Source: Eledone cirrhosa (lineage: Eukaryota). From it: a DNA stretch of 64,000 bases. The DNA is taken from positions 39,370,001-39,434,000 of the forward strand of contig OZ024746.1 of assembly GCA_964016885.1 (NCBI GenBank). Reading direction: 5' to 3'. Positions 43,041 through 58,147 of the stretch are shown here, in pieces. The position numbers and the translations under genes are program-made. The notes under the pieces are model-generated. The model did not search any database. It saw only the letters and a list, made by a program, of their open reading frames with translations, and was not told the origin of the DNA. The first letter of the stretch is position 1, and every line of letters begins with the position of its first letter.

Positions 43041-45465
43041 TAGTGGGTGGGATCCAGTTCGTACCAGCTTGCACCAACCGGTTGTTGACATTTTTTTTTT
43101 CAACGAGAACCGGTTGTTAACGTTTTGCAGGACGCGGAATAGATGTATAGACATGTAAAAGTTAAGATGTCAATCAAACCACAGAGTCGAATAACACGCC
43201 CACATGCACTGTGGAAATTCAGTTGAATCTTTTGAAGTTAATCAGTAACATTTGGCGCTTCAAGCTTTATATTTAAGTCCGGAAGATTGTTAAAATATTT
43301 ATTTGCTGTGATACATTAAGGAATTGTATGTAAATGTTTATATAAATGGTTGTATCTTATAAAAAGAAAAGCAAACGAATAAAGTGTGGACAACACATCA
43401 CTCCATTGCTTTTCTTTTGAAAAAGAGGTCATAACCTCGAAATATCATGAAATATAAGGTAAAAGTGCCGACTATTATTCTTTTATTCTTTTACCTGTTC
43501 CAGCCATCCGGCTGAGGCCATGCTGGGGCACCGTTTTGTTTTGTTTTGTTTTTACTCTTGTATTTTTAATTTGCATTGTATCGGCTTTCTCAAACAACTA
43601 TAATCGTATATCAAATAACCGTTTCTCTCACTGGTACAAGGCCAGCAATTCGCGGGAAGGCGAAAGTTAATTATATCGACTCCAGTACTTAATTATCGAG
43701 CCGAAAGGATGAAAAACAAAGTTGACCTCAGTCGGATTTGATCTCAAAACGTAGAAAGTCGTAACTAAATACCGCAAAGAATGTTGTCCGACACCCTACC
43801 GACACTGCAAAACTACCACCCTAACTACATATCTAAAACCAAAGCGCCCCGTAACGTGGAGGAGAAGATAGCTAAATACCGGGATTTAACTAGCTGCTTC
43901 CTTTTCGTTTGAATCACAGTCGATACCTCTGAGGCCCTTGGTTACCGAACTGTCGTATTTCTCCGTAAAATTGAATGGAATCCATCCCGCAAGTGTGTAT
44001 GTCTCTACTTGTTCTCCGCAGCAATGCCTTCGCCAACTTGTTCCCAAGTGAAGCTGAGATACACCATCTAGATTGAAGTGTAGAATCTGCCGTTCTCAGA
44101 CATCTCAACTCTCCCTGTCCGACGAGGAGATCACCCAACCACACTTTAGGGTGGGTGAGAGATGTCTTCTCTTGTGAAAATGGGTATAGCTTTCATTATA
44201 GTACCAGTAATGCACTGAGTAATTGCTGGCCTTGTGCCAAAAGTAGAAACAATTATATAAAATCTCTCCATTTCGCCTCATTTCTCCCCGTTCTGGGGCT
44301 CTTTTTTTATGAGATTCCCTGTCTGGGTTCTAGAGGTTGGCAGGTCTGCGCCCCCACTATCTTCTTCATTTTTTAAAAGCATACAAATGTTGATGAATTG
44401 TGAATTATTTTTTCTATTTATAAAAAATTATTTCTACTTTGGACACAAGGCCAGCAGTTTGAAGGGAAAAGAAAAGTTGATTGAATCGACCACAGTGCCT
44501 TACTGGTACTATATTTTATCAACTCTGTAAGGAGGAAAAGACAAAACTAACCTCGGCGGGATTTGAGCTCAGAACGTAACGGTCCTGTCAATCGACCACC
44601 TTTTTTATTTTTAAATCATACCGTCCGATACTGCTGTCAACTTAACAACCGGAAGTAACCAGCTATTTCATTTCCATATACACTATACTGCTTTATTTAT
44701 CTATTGTGAGTAAGGAGATATTTCTGTCACCCTTAGTAACTTTTGAAATCTATAATATTCAATAATATATGCAACAAGAATAAGGTTTTGAAGCAAGTTT
44801 TTTGTACCTTATGTATTAAACTATTCCAGAGTGAAAAGGAGATTTTAAACAGATTTGCCGGTTAAACAAAACTGTACTACTAGTTCAGAATACTGTAAGC
44901 CAATTGTAGTAGTATGAAAGACACTCCCTTATCCAATGTTTATTAAATTCTATTATGTCTGATATCTTTTGTCAACGACTCACCAGCTTTAGGCACTTGA
45001 ATTCCTGTTTACACATCGCTGACATATTTAGCTGTGACCACAGAAAGAAAGTGAGAAAATACGTGAGGAGAGTAAAAAATAATTAATGAAAATAAAATGA
45101 AAACAAAGAAAACCAGTAAGACAAGAGAGTTAAATGGGAGCCATATGATTAAAAACTGCCAGGCAACAGTTTAAACAGCGATCAGCTTGTTGAAGGCAGT
45201 GAACCATCAGAGTTGAGAGTGCGATTTACTAGTTAAAAAAGTAACTTGATAAGCTGGGAAAGCATGTTAATCGTCCGACATATTGTGCTATGTTTAGCAA
45301 AGATCAAGACGTTTAACACTGACCCACCATATCTAAGTAATTCACTGTTGATATTGATGTGGTGTGAAGTCAGGGATTTAAAGATTCGGATTCTTATCTC
45401 GTGACAAATTTGATAACTAAAATCTTTCCTCTCCCTTTGCACTACTCTCTCTCTCTATCTATCTA

Positions 45466-45506
<41 letters not shown>

Positions 45507-45587
45507 TCTCCCTCTCTCTCTCTCGCTTTCTCTACCTCCTTCTTCCTCCAAAGATATGCACATACAGAGAGTAAAACAAAGAAATAA

Positions 45588-45664
<77 letters not shown>

Positions 45665-45929
45665 CGCATATACTATTATTAGTATTTGGAGTCGATAAAA
45701 TAAAGTACCAGTAATGCACTGGGTAATTGCTAACCTTGTGCCTAAAGTAGAAACAATTATTAGTATTTATATCAATATAGGATTGTGGAGTTGGGGGGGA
45801 TAATAGCTATTTTATATTATCTTGGTCGATAACTCATTTTTTAATTCAAACTGGCGTAGCTGACTGTTGGTATGTTAAAAAGTAATCTAGTGAGGTAGAA
45901 CAGATTAAAACTTTCCTTTTTAAAAGAAA

Positions 45930-46420
45930 CAGTTTTGATGTTTCCTAGAATTCACCAGACCCTTCAATCTCTATCTGTCAATATATCAAATATTTTTTTT
46001 TTGTCTGTTTCTTCGGTGATATATATAGATCTTTGGAAATCTGTCGCATTAAAACATAAAACAAAACAAAAAAAAACTAGATCTTCTGATCCTATTGCAT
46101 TTACTTCCAACATCTCAAAAGTGATGAAGGTAGCCTTGAACAACAGTCGTCAACACCTTGAATCTCTCTTCCACCTTAACGACCACTGCAACGGTTTTAG
46201 TATTAGTAGTTATATCAATATAAGGTTGTGGGTTTGGGGGAGATAATAGCTATTTTATCGTATCTTGGTCGATATCTCACATTTTTTAAAATTCAAACTC
46301 TGGCGTAGTTGACTGTTTTCGTAAAGCCAATTCTATGAAAATCTACCCTCCTATGTCACCAGTGGACTCTCATCTTTGAGAAGTTTGGTAAAGGTAGTGC
46401 TATTGCCCTTGATTTCAACG
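45930..46420 (+). mobile_element. Degenerate LINE RT fragment (CR1/I-group-like), interrupted at ~46200-46315
   Basis: PIAFTSNISKVM...HLE...DH..GF | RK...AIALD matches early LINE RT domains. Confidence 0.6.
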
Positions 46421-49400
46421 AAAACTCAAGCTAGTCTCAAAAGAGGTATTACACGCACATCCAAAACTTACATTCTAGTTTTAATGCGTTTTTGTTTGTT
46501 TGTTTTATGGCCAACTGTCTCAATATTTCTAGGTGCATTTGGAAGCATTTAACCTTACTGTAAAAGTGTATTTCTATTATTAATTGTCTGTAGATATTTT
46601 CTTTCACGTTTATTTCTCATATAATATCTATGTCAGGTGTTTAGCCAATTTCAATAAGAGTGCATGCTGTTAGTTCTCGGTAATTGAGAACAAAATTCAG
46701 TATATGATATTCAAATGTTTACTGCTGTCTTATCGAAACATTCTACCAGAATTCCTTATATTTAAGGATAGCTATACGTTAATCTTGGCTATTCATCGAC
46801 GTTTTACCTCAATGCATATGTAGGCTGCATATTTACTCCTTTTATTTAAAGATATGACAACCAATACATTTTACTTAATTCAGGGCGTTCATACATTATT
46901 CGCAGAGAACTAATATTCATTTCCTGTCGTGTGCCTCTCCATGGTCTAATAAATAATTTGATACATTTCTAGGTTCTACTCAATGTAATATTTTCGTGTT
47001 TCTTTTTAGATCAACCTTCCTTTTGGCATTGGAATCATATTTCAACAGTCATATCCTAACCATTGATATGAGAGATATGTCTAAAGCAGAGTATTATATA
47101 GCAACAAAACACAAATAAGATAATGTTAGTTGCTAATGGTTTCGTTAATTTGCCACAAGAAACTTAATAACAACTGATACGCTGAGTGCTTTTTGCTTAA
47201 AAATAACAACTTGATGAACAAAGGCTGAAGTAAATTATGATTTGGTATATACATAGTTGAATTTTATTAGGCGTACGAATATGGTGTTAGTATATAGGCA
47301 AATAAGTCAATAGGGCGTATCATGTCAGTAGCATTGCTCTATAACTATAGCTAAGTTAAATTCATGCTTGAACAGCCACCTAGTTTTAAATACAGCGGTA
47401 AATTACATCATCTGAGGACTTACGTCAATGCTGTACCCAACTGAAGCACTACTCAATGATTCACAACTATTTCATTGAGGTGTGTTGTTGAGTTAAAATT
47501 ATACTATATCTCGGGGAACTACCCTTCTAATCTCCCACTTTTGGTTGCAACTGATTAAGAAAAGCAATATAATATACAATGATTCATCACATCGTTATAG
47601 TATATATGTATATTGATTGATATCTCGATTACTTAGTAGCTATACATGATGTAGACTAATACAAAATATGCATTCAATCGGCAAATAGGATCGGAAGAAT
47701 GTTTGGGTAAAATAACTTGAACAGAAACGGATCTTAATTGAAATATTTCTCTACAGTAGTTTCTCTACGATCTTGAAATGTAATAAACTGAACGATTTAG
47801 CTGATAAAAACAATTATTACTAATTAAAAGTGTTATATTTTTTCTTTCAAGTGTTATATCCCATTTCATTAATAAAATATGTGGAGTTAAAGGAAATAAC
47901 TGAAGTAGTCTATTGACATGGGTTTACGTAATTTGCAATTAATTGAAATCTGCCAAAGCTGAACAGTAATTGTTATCGACTCTACGAGAAAAGAGATCAT
48001 TTCATGGAATTAAGAATAAATTAAAAAATATATATATATTAATTCACATTAAAATCTGATCCTTGTTAGCAGTCAACGTGACAGCCACAAGCATGTTTTA
48101 GGTCCCACTGGACCTTGCTAGCAAAATATGTCCACTTGAGTTATTTCCCTTTGCTCATCGTATTTTCATCATCAAATCACGTCTGGTTAAATCTCTTTGT
48201 AATGCAAGTACAATTAGACGCTGTAAAACTGGTTTAATCCTAATTATCTATTATAATTCAATTCACAACTAGGAGGCTTTAGTGTAATATTAATTCAATC
48301 TTAGTACTTGACTTGTAAGTTTGTTGTAAAAACCACCGAAACAACGAATAGCAAAGTTAATTTCGGAGAGATTTGATACCAGAACGTAAAGGGCCCTACA
48401 CATTTTGCTCGACTCTCTAATTTAGAACATACTGAATGTTTCGGAGACTTGCAGTACACTGTGTTCAACTACTCTAGGAAAGCTATCCATAGACTTAGCC
48501 TTTGATTTCATTAGTCAAGAACAACGTACCTTCACCTAACAAATACAAAGCAGGGAAGACTTAATCAGTCAGAAAATATGATGTTATGATAAAATAAATA
48601 AAATAAAACATAAAAATCCGCTTTTTATTTCAATCAGAAGACGTCTACGACAGATTGTACAGATTCTAAAATCATTGCACGAACAGAATTTTTATACAGT
48701 ATGATACTTAATTACTTAAGAGTTAAACTGCTTGTTCTCTTAATATTGATGTTTGTCATGCCTAGACAAGCCGCTTCAAGTGGACATGGAAGGGAAAAGA
48801 CAATAATGTTCAACAGAGTTTGCAGTGAGCTCATATATTGTTATGACCGTCGATCAGACTAAGAGAATCTGGTTCAGTGCATAGATATTAATTTGAAGAC
48901 TACAAACAGAAGAATTTTACCGTGTGGCTAATGAAAACCTATAATTAACCAGTTAAGTTCACATAGTTGACGTTACAAACGATGTGTTGGTTTGAGGTCA
49001 TATTTTTTATTAAATAAATCTTTTATATTAATCTCATTTGGAAAACGCTATTCTTACTCATGAATTGACCTTCGCACAGTTAGAATTTCAAATACTGTAG
49101 TATAAGTATCGCCTTGTATATACAATATATTTTACGTTCATGAAATAAACAAAAGTAACGTTGCGTAGACTAATCTTTTTGAGACTACACACACTCGTTG
49201 AATTCATTTTAAAACTATTATAGGTTGACAATAAACATAGTTATTATTATGTTCATGTCTCTATACTTACTTGTTCTAATTCTATACCCATCTTTATTTA
49301 CTCGTATATACCCACGCACTTATGAACTTGACATAAGGACATTTCACATAAAAAATAATGTTTTAGGTCAAACCTAATTTTGATCTAAACCATTGAGAGA

Positions 49401-51568
49401 AAATGCACACGCAGTCTTGAACATCCATACAAATGTAAGTGGCAAATATTAGCTGGCTTTCTTTAATTTCTCAGAATTCGCTGAGTAGAAAATTACAGGT
49501 GTGAAATTTATTTTGTTTAATTAGTTAAAACAAAAAACCTGTTTCAGTCAGTTATATTTGAATAGACTGAGACAAGGAAGTACAAGTTTATCATTTAATC
49601 ATTAGATCGTGTAGCTGAGGATCTGCAGCTCATATATGAACCATTAGTAGCTTAGATTTCAGTTTAGTCAAATATGTCTTTCAGATTGGCGAAACATTTT
49701 GCTCACAAACCACATCAAATTACGTGTTAGCGCCCACCGTGCAGTTAGAGATAACTTAAAAAATGAAATGCAAGTTACAGCTCACACCTATGTAGGTTTG
49801 ACTGGCCCCCTTTGCTGTTGTATCTGGGAGAATTCTCTGGTATTTTAATGATAGCAGCTCCTAACTTGTTAACGTAAAATGAAGCGTCGTTTGGTCCGTA
49901 TATTAAACCCACTAACTTATGATCGTGAATTCAACACCATAACCATTCGCCTTCACTTTTTGAGAACTACGTTAAGAGTATACTTGTCGGAAATTTCTCA
50001 GCCCCTTTCACGCACAGGCTGTTCCATTATTGGAACGACTAGAACACTTGTCGGGATTAACAAATGTCCAATACACATTTCAATACTGGAAGCATTAAAT
50101 GGGGTGAGGAAAAGTATTATATTATTCAACGGCTAATATTGTTTCATAAGGCGAATTGGCAGAGTCGTTAGAACGCCGGATAGAATGCTTTCTGTGTTCA
50201 AATCTCGCTAACGTCAACTTTACTTTTCATCCATTCAAGGTCGATAAAAAAAGTACCAGTCTAGTACTGAGGTCCATTCTGTCACGTTCTATCCTTCTCT
50301 GAAAGAAATCTACTGTGTTCAGGGTTGGAGAGAGATGGGCTTCGCTAGGCTTAAACATATGTTACTAGGCCGCCCCTACGACTCCACCAGGAGTTACGGG
50401 ACCATCCCATACCGATATTATTTTGTTTCAATAAGAACACGTGACAACTACTAGCATATTTTAGTCTTTCTATGGCCCTCCCCCTCACAGTACTTGCCAA
50501 AGTGGTGATGGAAGGATTACTAAATAAATAAAAGGGATTGTACAATAGTTGGTGTAGAAAAATAGAATAGGTTAAAGAACTATTTTGTTTTTAAATTCAA
50601 CTAATATTTCGTAAATATATCATTTTATAAATTGGAAAGTAATATTTTGTTTGACATTGATAGCATGCTGAATAGTAGTTGTGATGATACATACATGATA
50701 CATATATTGTTTCTACTTTTGGCACAAGGCCAGCAATTATCTCAGTGCATTACTGGTACTTTATTTTATCGACCCCGTAAGGATGAAAGGCAATGACGTT
50801 AGTGGTGAAGATGTAATTGTTTTGTAGTAGGACAAACCTTGTTTGAGCAGACCCATTACAAAGGTGTTTCAGTAGTGACTATTTTGTCTTTTTTTCTGAC
50901 ATAGTATATCAAGAACGACATTATCTAATGTGCCATTTCTTTTTGATGACGATAGATTGTGATGTGGCTTTTTATTTTTAAAACAGATTGAGTGACCGTG
51001 TATAGGCTCGTAGTTGGAGCGTTTGAAAAGTTTGTCTGAGGAGAGATAGACACAAAATAAAATGCCGAGAGAAACATGTTGATCTGTGCTTGTCATGTTT
51101 CTGTCCTGTTTGTTTTAAAATTGTCAAATTGTCAAAACAGAACTCAGAATTTGACCTGGTTATTTATTATTTCTTTACACAGTTTATTGCATAAAACATT
51201 GGTTCTTAAATTTTATCAAGAGACCTCTCTAACACGGCTGTCTTAAAATAAATTCAAACTGACGATAAATTTCGTAAAATTAAAGCGATTGTAAAATATT
51301 ATAAAAATTGTTTTTATATTTTTTCCTCATTTAAACACTTTTTATTTTTAAATATATAATTTAAAGATATAATTGCTTTAAAGACATAATTTAAAGATAT
51401 AATTGCTTGCTTTGGTTATTTAAAAGTACAGGCTAAAATATGAGAAACAAAACCCAAAATCATATGGCAAGTTTTTTTCTCTTTCAATGCTTTTTTAAAT
51501 TGTTCTTTTTTTTTTTTTAAACACTTTAGTCTTTATTGTGTTGTATCAGATGAAAGAATGGTATTTAA

Positions 51569-52180
51569 CTAATGTATTGGTACGCGATGGGGCCCACCCA
51601 CAGAATGGAGAAGCGTTTCCCCGGAGGACGGCAAGGGAGACGCGCTGGAAAAGCCACTCGAACTCAAGGGCTCACACCTGCGGCTGGCCAGCTCAGAGCC
51701 TATGGTGGTGAGTAAGGAGGTAGCCCTGGGGCCGAGGACACCAGAAGTCTCCACTGCCAGGGGAACGACCGCAAACCTGTCGGATAGCGACCGGTATTTG
51801 AGGAGTTTGGCCCCCTCAGCCCGACGTGCAGCAGAACCTGGGTCAGTCGCAGACTGCACCAGTTGCGGCTGCAGAAAGTGTCGGTGCAAGTGGCATCCCA
51901 GACGAGGGGTTTGCCACCGCAGAACGGGAAGATGGTCATGCCATCTGGCCTTTTGCCGTCCCCTCGAACCAGCCCCACCGGCTCGAGCTGGGAAGGGAAG
52001 CCTGCAGCGTCCAAGCCATGCTTAATGACCTCGTTGAGGGCAGCATGGCGTGGAATGCGGCCGGCACTGTGGCGACAGGAAAGCGGGTGGAGGCCGACAG
52101 AGTCCACGGTGGAACCGCAGCGACATTGGTGTGGCTGGCAGATCCGGAGGCCGAGCCTCAGGGAAACGCCGATTCGTCTT
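51569..52180 (-). mobile_element. CRE-like non-LTR retrotransposon 3' fragment (Zn knuckle + restriction-like endonuclease)
   Basis: CRCG...HPLSC...RHAALN...EP...RPDG...WDATC..., then AE..KLLKY...VPLAVETSG in another frame. The segment is conspicuously GC-rich. Confidence 0.85.
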
Positions 52181-52700
52181 TATGTGAACGAAATGTAAAT
52201 AGTTGCAATAGATGCTGAAATATAAACTCCTCTTATATTACCTAGGCCCATCTACTTTGATATCATATTACTATATTGATATATTTAGGCACATTGTTGT
52301 ACTGAAACATTCTGACCTATTTTCGTTTTGGGGTATTAAAGGGAACGCAACGTCCCCTGTAATAAATTAGGGTTCAGATATTGTAGGAGCATACAACTGC
52401 AGTAATTACGCTATATGTAGTGAAGAAATCTAAAACTATGTAGTGGATCTGTAAGGAAAATATTCTTAGATAAGTCAGTGGTCCGTTTGAGGAAGGAGCC
52501 CCGCAAGGTGAGGTGGCCGTTGCAGCGGGTGTCGCTGGTCATTGTCCGCGGGAATACTTTTGTGGTCTTGTCCGCGGGGTGTAGCCCCATTACCGCCGCG
52601 CACTACACGCAGACCTAAGGTGACGGGGCCTGACTCTTTTTCGACGTCTCGTTAGATATGCGAGCTTATATGTGCAAAGATATGTCTTTGCACATATAAG

Positions 52701-52796
52701 TTTACATATCTGATGAGATATCGAAAAAGAATCAGGCCCCCATTACCTTGATTGTACCCTGAGCTGATCGATATCGAAACAATTGTAATATGCAAA
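52701..52796 (+). ncRNA. Minimal type I hammerhead with extended stem II
   Basis: UUUaCAUAU-CUGAUGA-GAUAUCG...(45 nt)...CGAUAUC-GAAA-CAAUUG-UA-AUAUGcAAA. Stem III ACAAUUGU is palindromic. Confidence 0.8.
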
Positions 52797-52838
52797 TAAA
52801 GTTTGTACATATGCTGCCACACAGACGCCGACTCTTTT

Positions 52839-52940
<102 letters not shown>

Positions 52941-53076
52941 GGTGTGGGTTGCTTAAAGCGTCCGTAAGCGGTAGGCCGTTTGAGCACTCGATGCTCTTAC
53001 AGAGCAGAGTATAATATCACATAAGAAACGGATCAGGTTCGATCATTGCATCGATCGTGCCTCGAGCTGGTCGCCA

Positions 53077-53276
53077 NNNNNNNNNNNNNNNNNNNNNNNN
53101 NNNNNNNNNNNNNNNNNNNNNNNNNNNNNNNNNNNNNNNNNNNNNNNNNNNNNNNNNNNNNNNNNNNNNNNNNNNNNNNNNNNNNNNNNNNNNNNNNNNN
53201 NNNNNNNNNNNNNNNNNNNNNNNNNNNNNNNNNNNNNNNNNNNNNNNNNNNNNNNNNNNNNNNNNNNNNNNNNNNN
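53077..53276. other. Assembly gap (200 N)
   Basis: Run of N. Confidence 1.
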
Positions 53277-53432
53277 AACGTTCATTTCCGTGGTATATCT
53301 TTCATCTGTCGTCGCTCACAGACACACACACACAAATACACATACTTTCACACCTGATTTCGGATAACATCAAAACAAAACACACAGACACACGCATGCA
53401 CATACACAAACACACATACACAAACACACATA

Positions 53433-53666
53433 TCTATACTTATAAAGCTGACGGTCGTATGTATGTATGTATGTATGTATGTATGTATGTATGTATATTA
53501 ACAACACAGCTTAACTCTTTCTTTTTAAACTCATTTCTACGGTAGCTCCTCCCCTTTGCTACGAAGTCGGAATGACAATGTGACACGAGAGGGTGTGTGG
53601 TATCTTTGCAGTGGAGTGGTGGGGGCAGGTATACCTAGTCGGGCGCCAGCCGGACGGGCCAGCTAG
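53433..53666 (+). mobile_element. Small non-autonomous Helitron
   Basis: Starts A|TC TATACTTATAAAGCTG followed by (GTAT)n; ends with GC-rich GGGCGCCAGCCGGACGGGCCAG and CTAG|T. Confidence 0.7.
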
Positions 53667-53719
<53 letters not shown>

Positions 53720-54699
53720 AAAATTAAGATAAATCAGATGAATTTAATCTAAATCAAAATTATGGGTGTCATGCCAGAAAGACATGCGCCATATCACCCG
53801 CAAAATAAGCTCTCAGATTTTAACGAGTAAGTCCGAGCATTTTATAATAACTAGAAATTGATTAACATATAAATAAACATGAATAATCACAGGAGATAAT
53901 TTTTACATGTGTGTAACCACACATAGCTAGGTAGGTAACTAAATAAAGTTGACCAGAACTTCAAAAATAGATACCTTATAATATGATTAATCTTCCCTGT
54001 ATATATTCCATTAAAGAAATATATTTCACCAATTAATTGAATGGTAAACCACGGAAGCGGATACTTGGATTTTCAACAAGGAAGAAGTTCCAGCGATCAG
54101 TGTTTACACTTCAAGTTCAAATCAGCGACTGGCCAGCAACACGTGCTATATCTACTAGAAATACACACATCATACTAGCTTCGTCCCAGTGGCGTGAATA
54201 GGGTTATCGACAACTAGAAACAGCAGTCGAGTCATTTCAACAGAGTTAGCTCTACAATTAACAACTGCACAGATAATTTTTACATAAGCGAATCCTCCTG
54301 AGCTTCTCCATGTTTCAGTTGAAGAGTAAAGTGAGAGTAGAAATAAACAGGCCGCCCTCCTACGAATTTACTAAAATGTGAGGAAAATGAAAATAGCTCG
54401 CATGAATGAGTCAAGTCTTCTTATGTGCTTGGATGCAATAATAGTAACCCGAGATCTGTGTGATTGCTTGATTGCTTTATCCCTAATGAGTCGTTTCATG
54501 TTAGATATATTTGTATTGATGCTTTTTTATGTCTGGTGTAGAGAAGTTGTTCTCTCTCTTGATTTCTATTTTAATTTTGTCTTTCGATTTTTTTAAAAAC
54601 TTATCTGGGGTTTTTTTTCTTCGGTAAAGTTAGATTTTAGTTTGTGGTTTATTATTTCCATATTTATAGAAACATCTTTAGACTTTCTCCATGTTCTCT

Positions 54700-55400
54700 A
54701 ATCAGCTTTCTTTTGTTTGTTATTTCTTAAGTACTTTCTACTCCCACTACCGTTACTTTGTAATAGTTCCCCTGTTGTCTGAAGCCTCCTCCTTCCTCCA
54801 TGCGGGTAGGTACACCCTATCAGCTTCAGCTCTAAGATGGTGGCTTTGGAACAGTCAGTATATATATTTTTATAATAATTTTCCTATCTAAGCTCTTCAA
54901 TTCACTTAACTTCCAATTTATTATGTTGAAACTATAGTTTACAACTCGGTATGTGTATATATTTATACCTATTGCCTTATTTCTGGCATTGAGTTCAATT
55001 TTTCATATTAGTCTGGCTCTTCTGTAGTACACTTTTCTAATTTTCTCCTTTATATCTGTATATTGTATTTTATCAGTTTCATCTCTTCCTAAGTACTTGT
55101 GTGAGTGGTTCTGTTGTAATGCTTTCATTTCAGTATATAAATCTAATTTAATGTCTTCTCTTCTGATAAATTTTCCATTTCTAAGAGTAGTTTTGGCATA
55201 TTTCTCTAATCCTATTCTCAGTTTGATATCTCTGCAGAATTCTTGTAGAGTTTTTAGTAGGTTCTTCAGTTGAACATTGTTCACTAATATTTTATAATCA
55301 TTCACATATAGGAGGTAATTTATAATTTGTCCATATCATTTATAACAATTGGTGGTTTCATTCAACAAATTGTCTAATGGAGTCAAAGCTAGACAGTATT
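54700..55400 (-). mobile_element. R4/Dong-like (RLE) LINE RT remnant
   Basis: YLLYVNDYK...F..DI...GLEK.A...KYLG..E...IKEKIRKVYYRR.RLI...ELNARNK...YSFNIINW, followed by a YLP....GGG-like motif. Confidence 0.75.
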
Positions 55401-55619
55401 ATTTTACTGTTTTATTCTTTTACTGGCGTCAGTCATTAGACAATGGCTATGCAGGGGCGCTGTCTTCATTTAGTGGATCGTATCAACCTGTGGAATTTTT
55501 AAACTCTGGCACTTATTCTATCAACATTAGTGTTTTGCTTGTCGCGGAATTTGTTCAAGTGTTACCTGTTTAATAACGTCAACTATGGAATGAAATCGAA
55601 GATATAATCTATATCCTTA

Positions 55620-56545
55620 TCTTAATGGTTTCACGTTTTGGCACACATTGGAAAGAAGGGAAAATTGATTATATCGACTTCAATACTTGACTAATAATTT
55701 ATTTAATCGACCCCGGAAGAATAAAAGACAAAGTACACCTTGGCGGGATTTGAAACCAGAACGTAACGAAAAACTATGAAGCATTTTTCATCTGGTGCAT
55801 TTACACTTCTGTCAATCCACCATCTTTTAAATCTTCATCATAATGGTTTCTGATTTAGGCACCAGGCCAACAATTTTGAGAGAGGAGAAAGTGCGTTACT
55901 GGTACTTTATTTCATCGACCCCGTAAGGATGAAAGGCTAAGCTAATCTCGGTGAGCTTTGAACTCACAACGTAAAATAACCGTAACTCTCCAGCGCTCCT
56001 AATAATGGTTTCTGATTTTAGGCACAAAGCCAACAATTCCGGAGGAGAAAGTTGATTAAATCGACTTCAGTTTATTACTGATACTTTATTTTATCGACTC
56101 TGTAAGGATGAAAGGCAAAACTACCTCAGTGGGACTTGAACTCAGAATGTAAAAGGCCGTAACTCTATGCCGCAAAATGTGTTGTCAAATATTGTCAAGC
56201 CAACGCCCTTTAAGGTCTTTATAATAATGAAACAAGCTTTAAACAAGTTTAAATATGGAACCAAATTTTTAATATAACGAACAAGTTCGCGTGCTATATT
56301 TTTTAAAATGCCTCAACTACGGAACGCAATCGAAGACTTTAGCAGAATGAAATAATTGTTTCTACTTTTGGCACAAGGCCAACAATTATCCCAGTGCATT
56401 ACTGGTGCTTTATTTTATCGACCCCGTAAGGATGAAAGGCAAAGTTAACCTCGGCAGGATTTGAACTCGGACCGTAAAGGGCCGTAACTTTATGCTGCAA
56501 AGCATGGCGCCCGATCCTCTACCGATACTGCCAATTCACTGCATA
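55620..56545 (-). mobile_element. Cluster of four co-oriented Nin/Deu-like SINE copies
   Basis: Reverse-complement core repeated at ~55700, ~55910, ~56090 and ~56410. Confidence 0.8.
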
Positions 56546-57265
56546 ATGAAATAATGTTATGAAGATCTATAAATGTATGAATCAAAATAGAAATACGAAC
56601 ATTTATAAAATATACTTTCCATGGACCCCGTGAGTGATTATTATTTTTTTATATATATTTTTGTTATCAGGGCGTTATGTAGCAGATTCGGTAGGGTGAC
56701 GAATGAAATAACTTGTAGAATCAGGTTACGCTCCTTAATGCTGAAATTTCGATGTCGTTTTGGGGTCGATAAAATAAAGTACCAGTTAAGTGCGGGAAAC
56801 AATTTAATCGACTACACCTCTATCTCAAAAGTTCTGGTTTTGTGCTTATGTTAAACATATTTATTATTATTGTTACTTCTGTAGGTTTTGCTTATTTGTT
56901 ATCATCAGTATCAAAATACTTTATCATTTGGCAAGAAACAGAAAGGAAGCTGAGATAAATGTATTTCATTGAGAAAAAAGTAGGTTTTTTTCCAGCAAAC
57001 TTCGACAAACACTTCTTCCCCACTTCATGTCTCTCTTCGTTTCTTCACATTCCAGATAAGACTTTACATGAAGAGTTATTTACAAATCAAAAGATATACT
57101 CCTGCTGATACATTTTACCTTCTACTTTCCATCTTCCATTTAACCTTTTCTTGTATGAGGTGACATTGGGATTTGAACATTTACAGCCAAATCTTTCGCC
57201 AATGTTTACACACACACTCACATACGCACACGCACACACACACAAACACACACACACACACACAC

Positions 57266-57353
<88 letters not shown>

Positions 57354-57390
57354 GCATACATACACAGCCGCATACATACGCACGCACACA

Positions 57391-57422
<32 letters not shown>

Positions 57423-57552
57423 CGTGCACACAACCATATATAGATGCATATATATGCGTGTGTTGTTACATTTTACATCTTGTGTAAGTTTAGTACATCT
57501 CTCATGAAGGTGCATTTCATAAGAGGTTTTGGGGATGCTATCTATGTATGTG

Positions 57553-57625
<73 letters not shown>

Positions 57626-58090
57626 TTAGCTGAATTTTTTTAGTTATCTCCGTTGGTTGATGCTTCTAGATTTTAAACACGTATAGTTTTAAAGTCCAAA
57701 CTCATTATCCTAAACAGAAAATCTGAGATTGTTTCTACCTGCCCTCATAAAATTTCCCAATTTTTCTACTATAATAAATTTTAAATTAGTATTGTTCACT
57801 AAATTTGAACCATATAATAATTTAACATATTAGAAATAAAATTTAAATAAACTTCACTAGTTTTAATCTATAGATCTTCCCGCCTTTAAACTGTCTATCT
57901 CACACACTCTAATATATTAATTATTAACATAATAAATGCCTTTCTCTTCCACTAAATCTCAACTAATATCTTGCTGATTTAACAGGTGCGTGTGTTTTTA
58001 TTGGCAGCATGACCCTCCCAAAGTATAACAATATCTGTTTCAACACACGTTTTCAGATAAGAAATCTTGCAAAACAAATTAAAAAATGAA

Positions 58091-58140
<50 letters not shown>

Positions 58141-58147
<7 letters not shown>

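Noticed and set aside
50335-50410. Pistol- or HDV-like ribozyme fold
   Set aside because: The motif resemblance is superficial; the required helices could not be built consistently in both longer copies.
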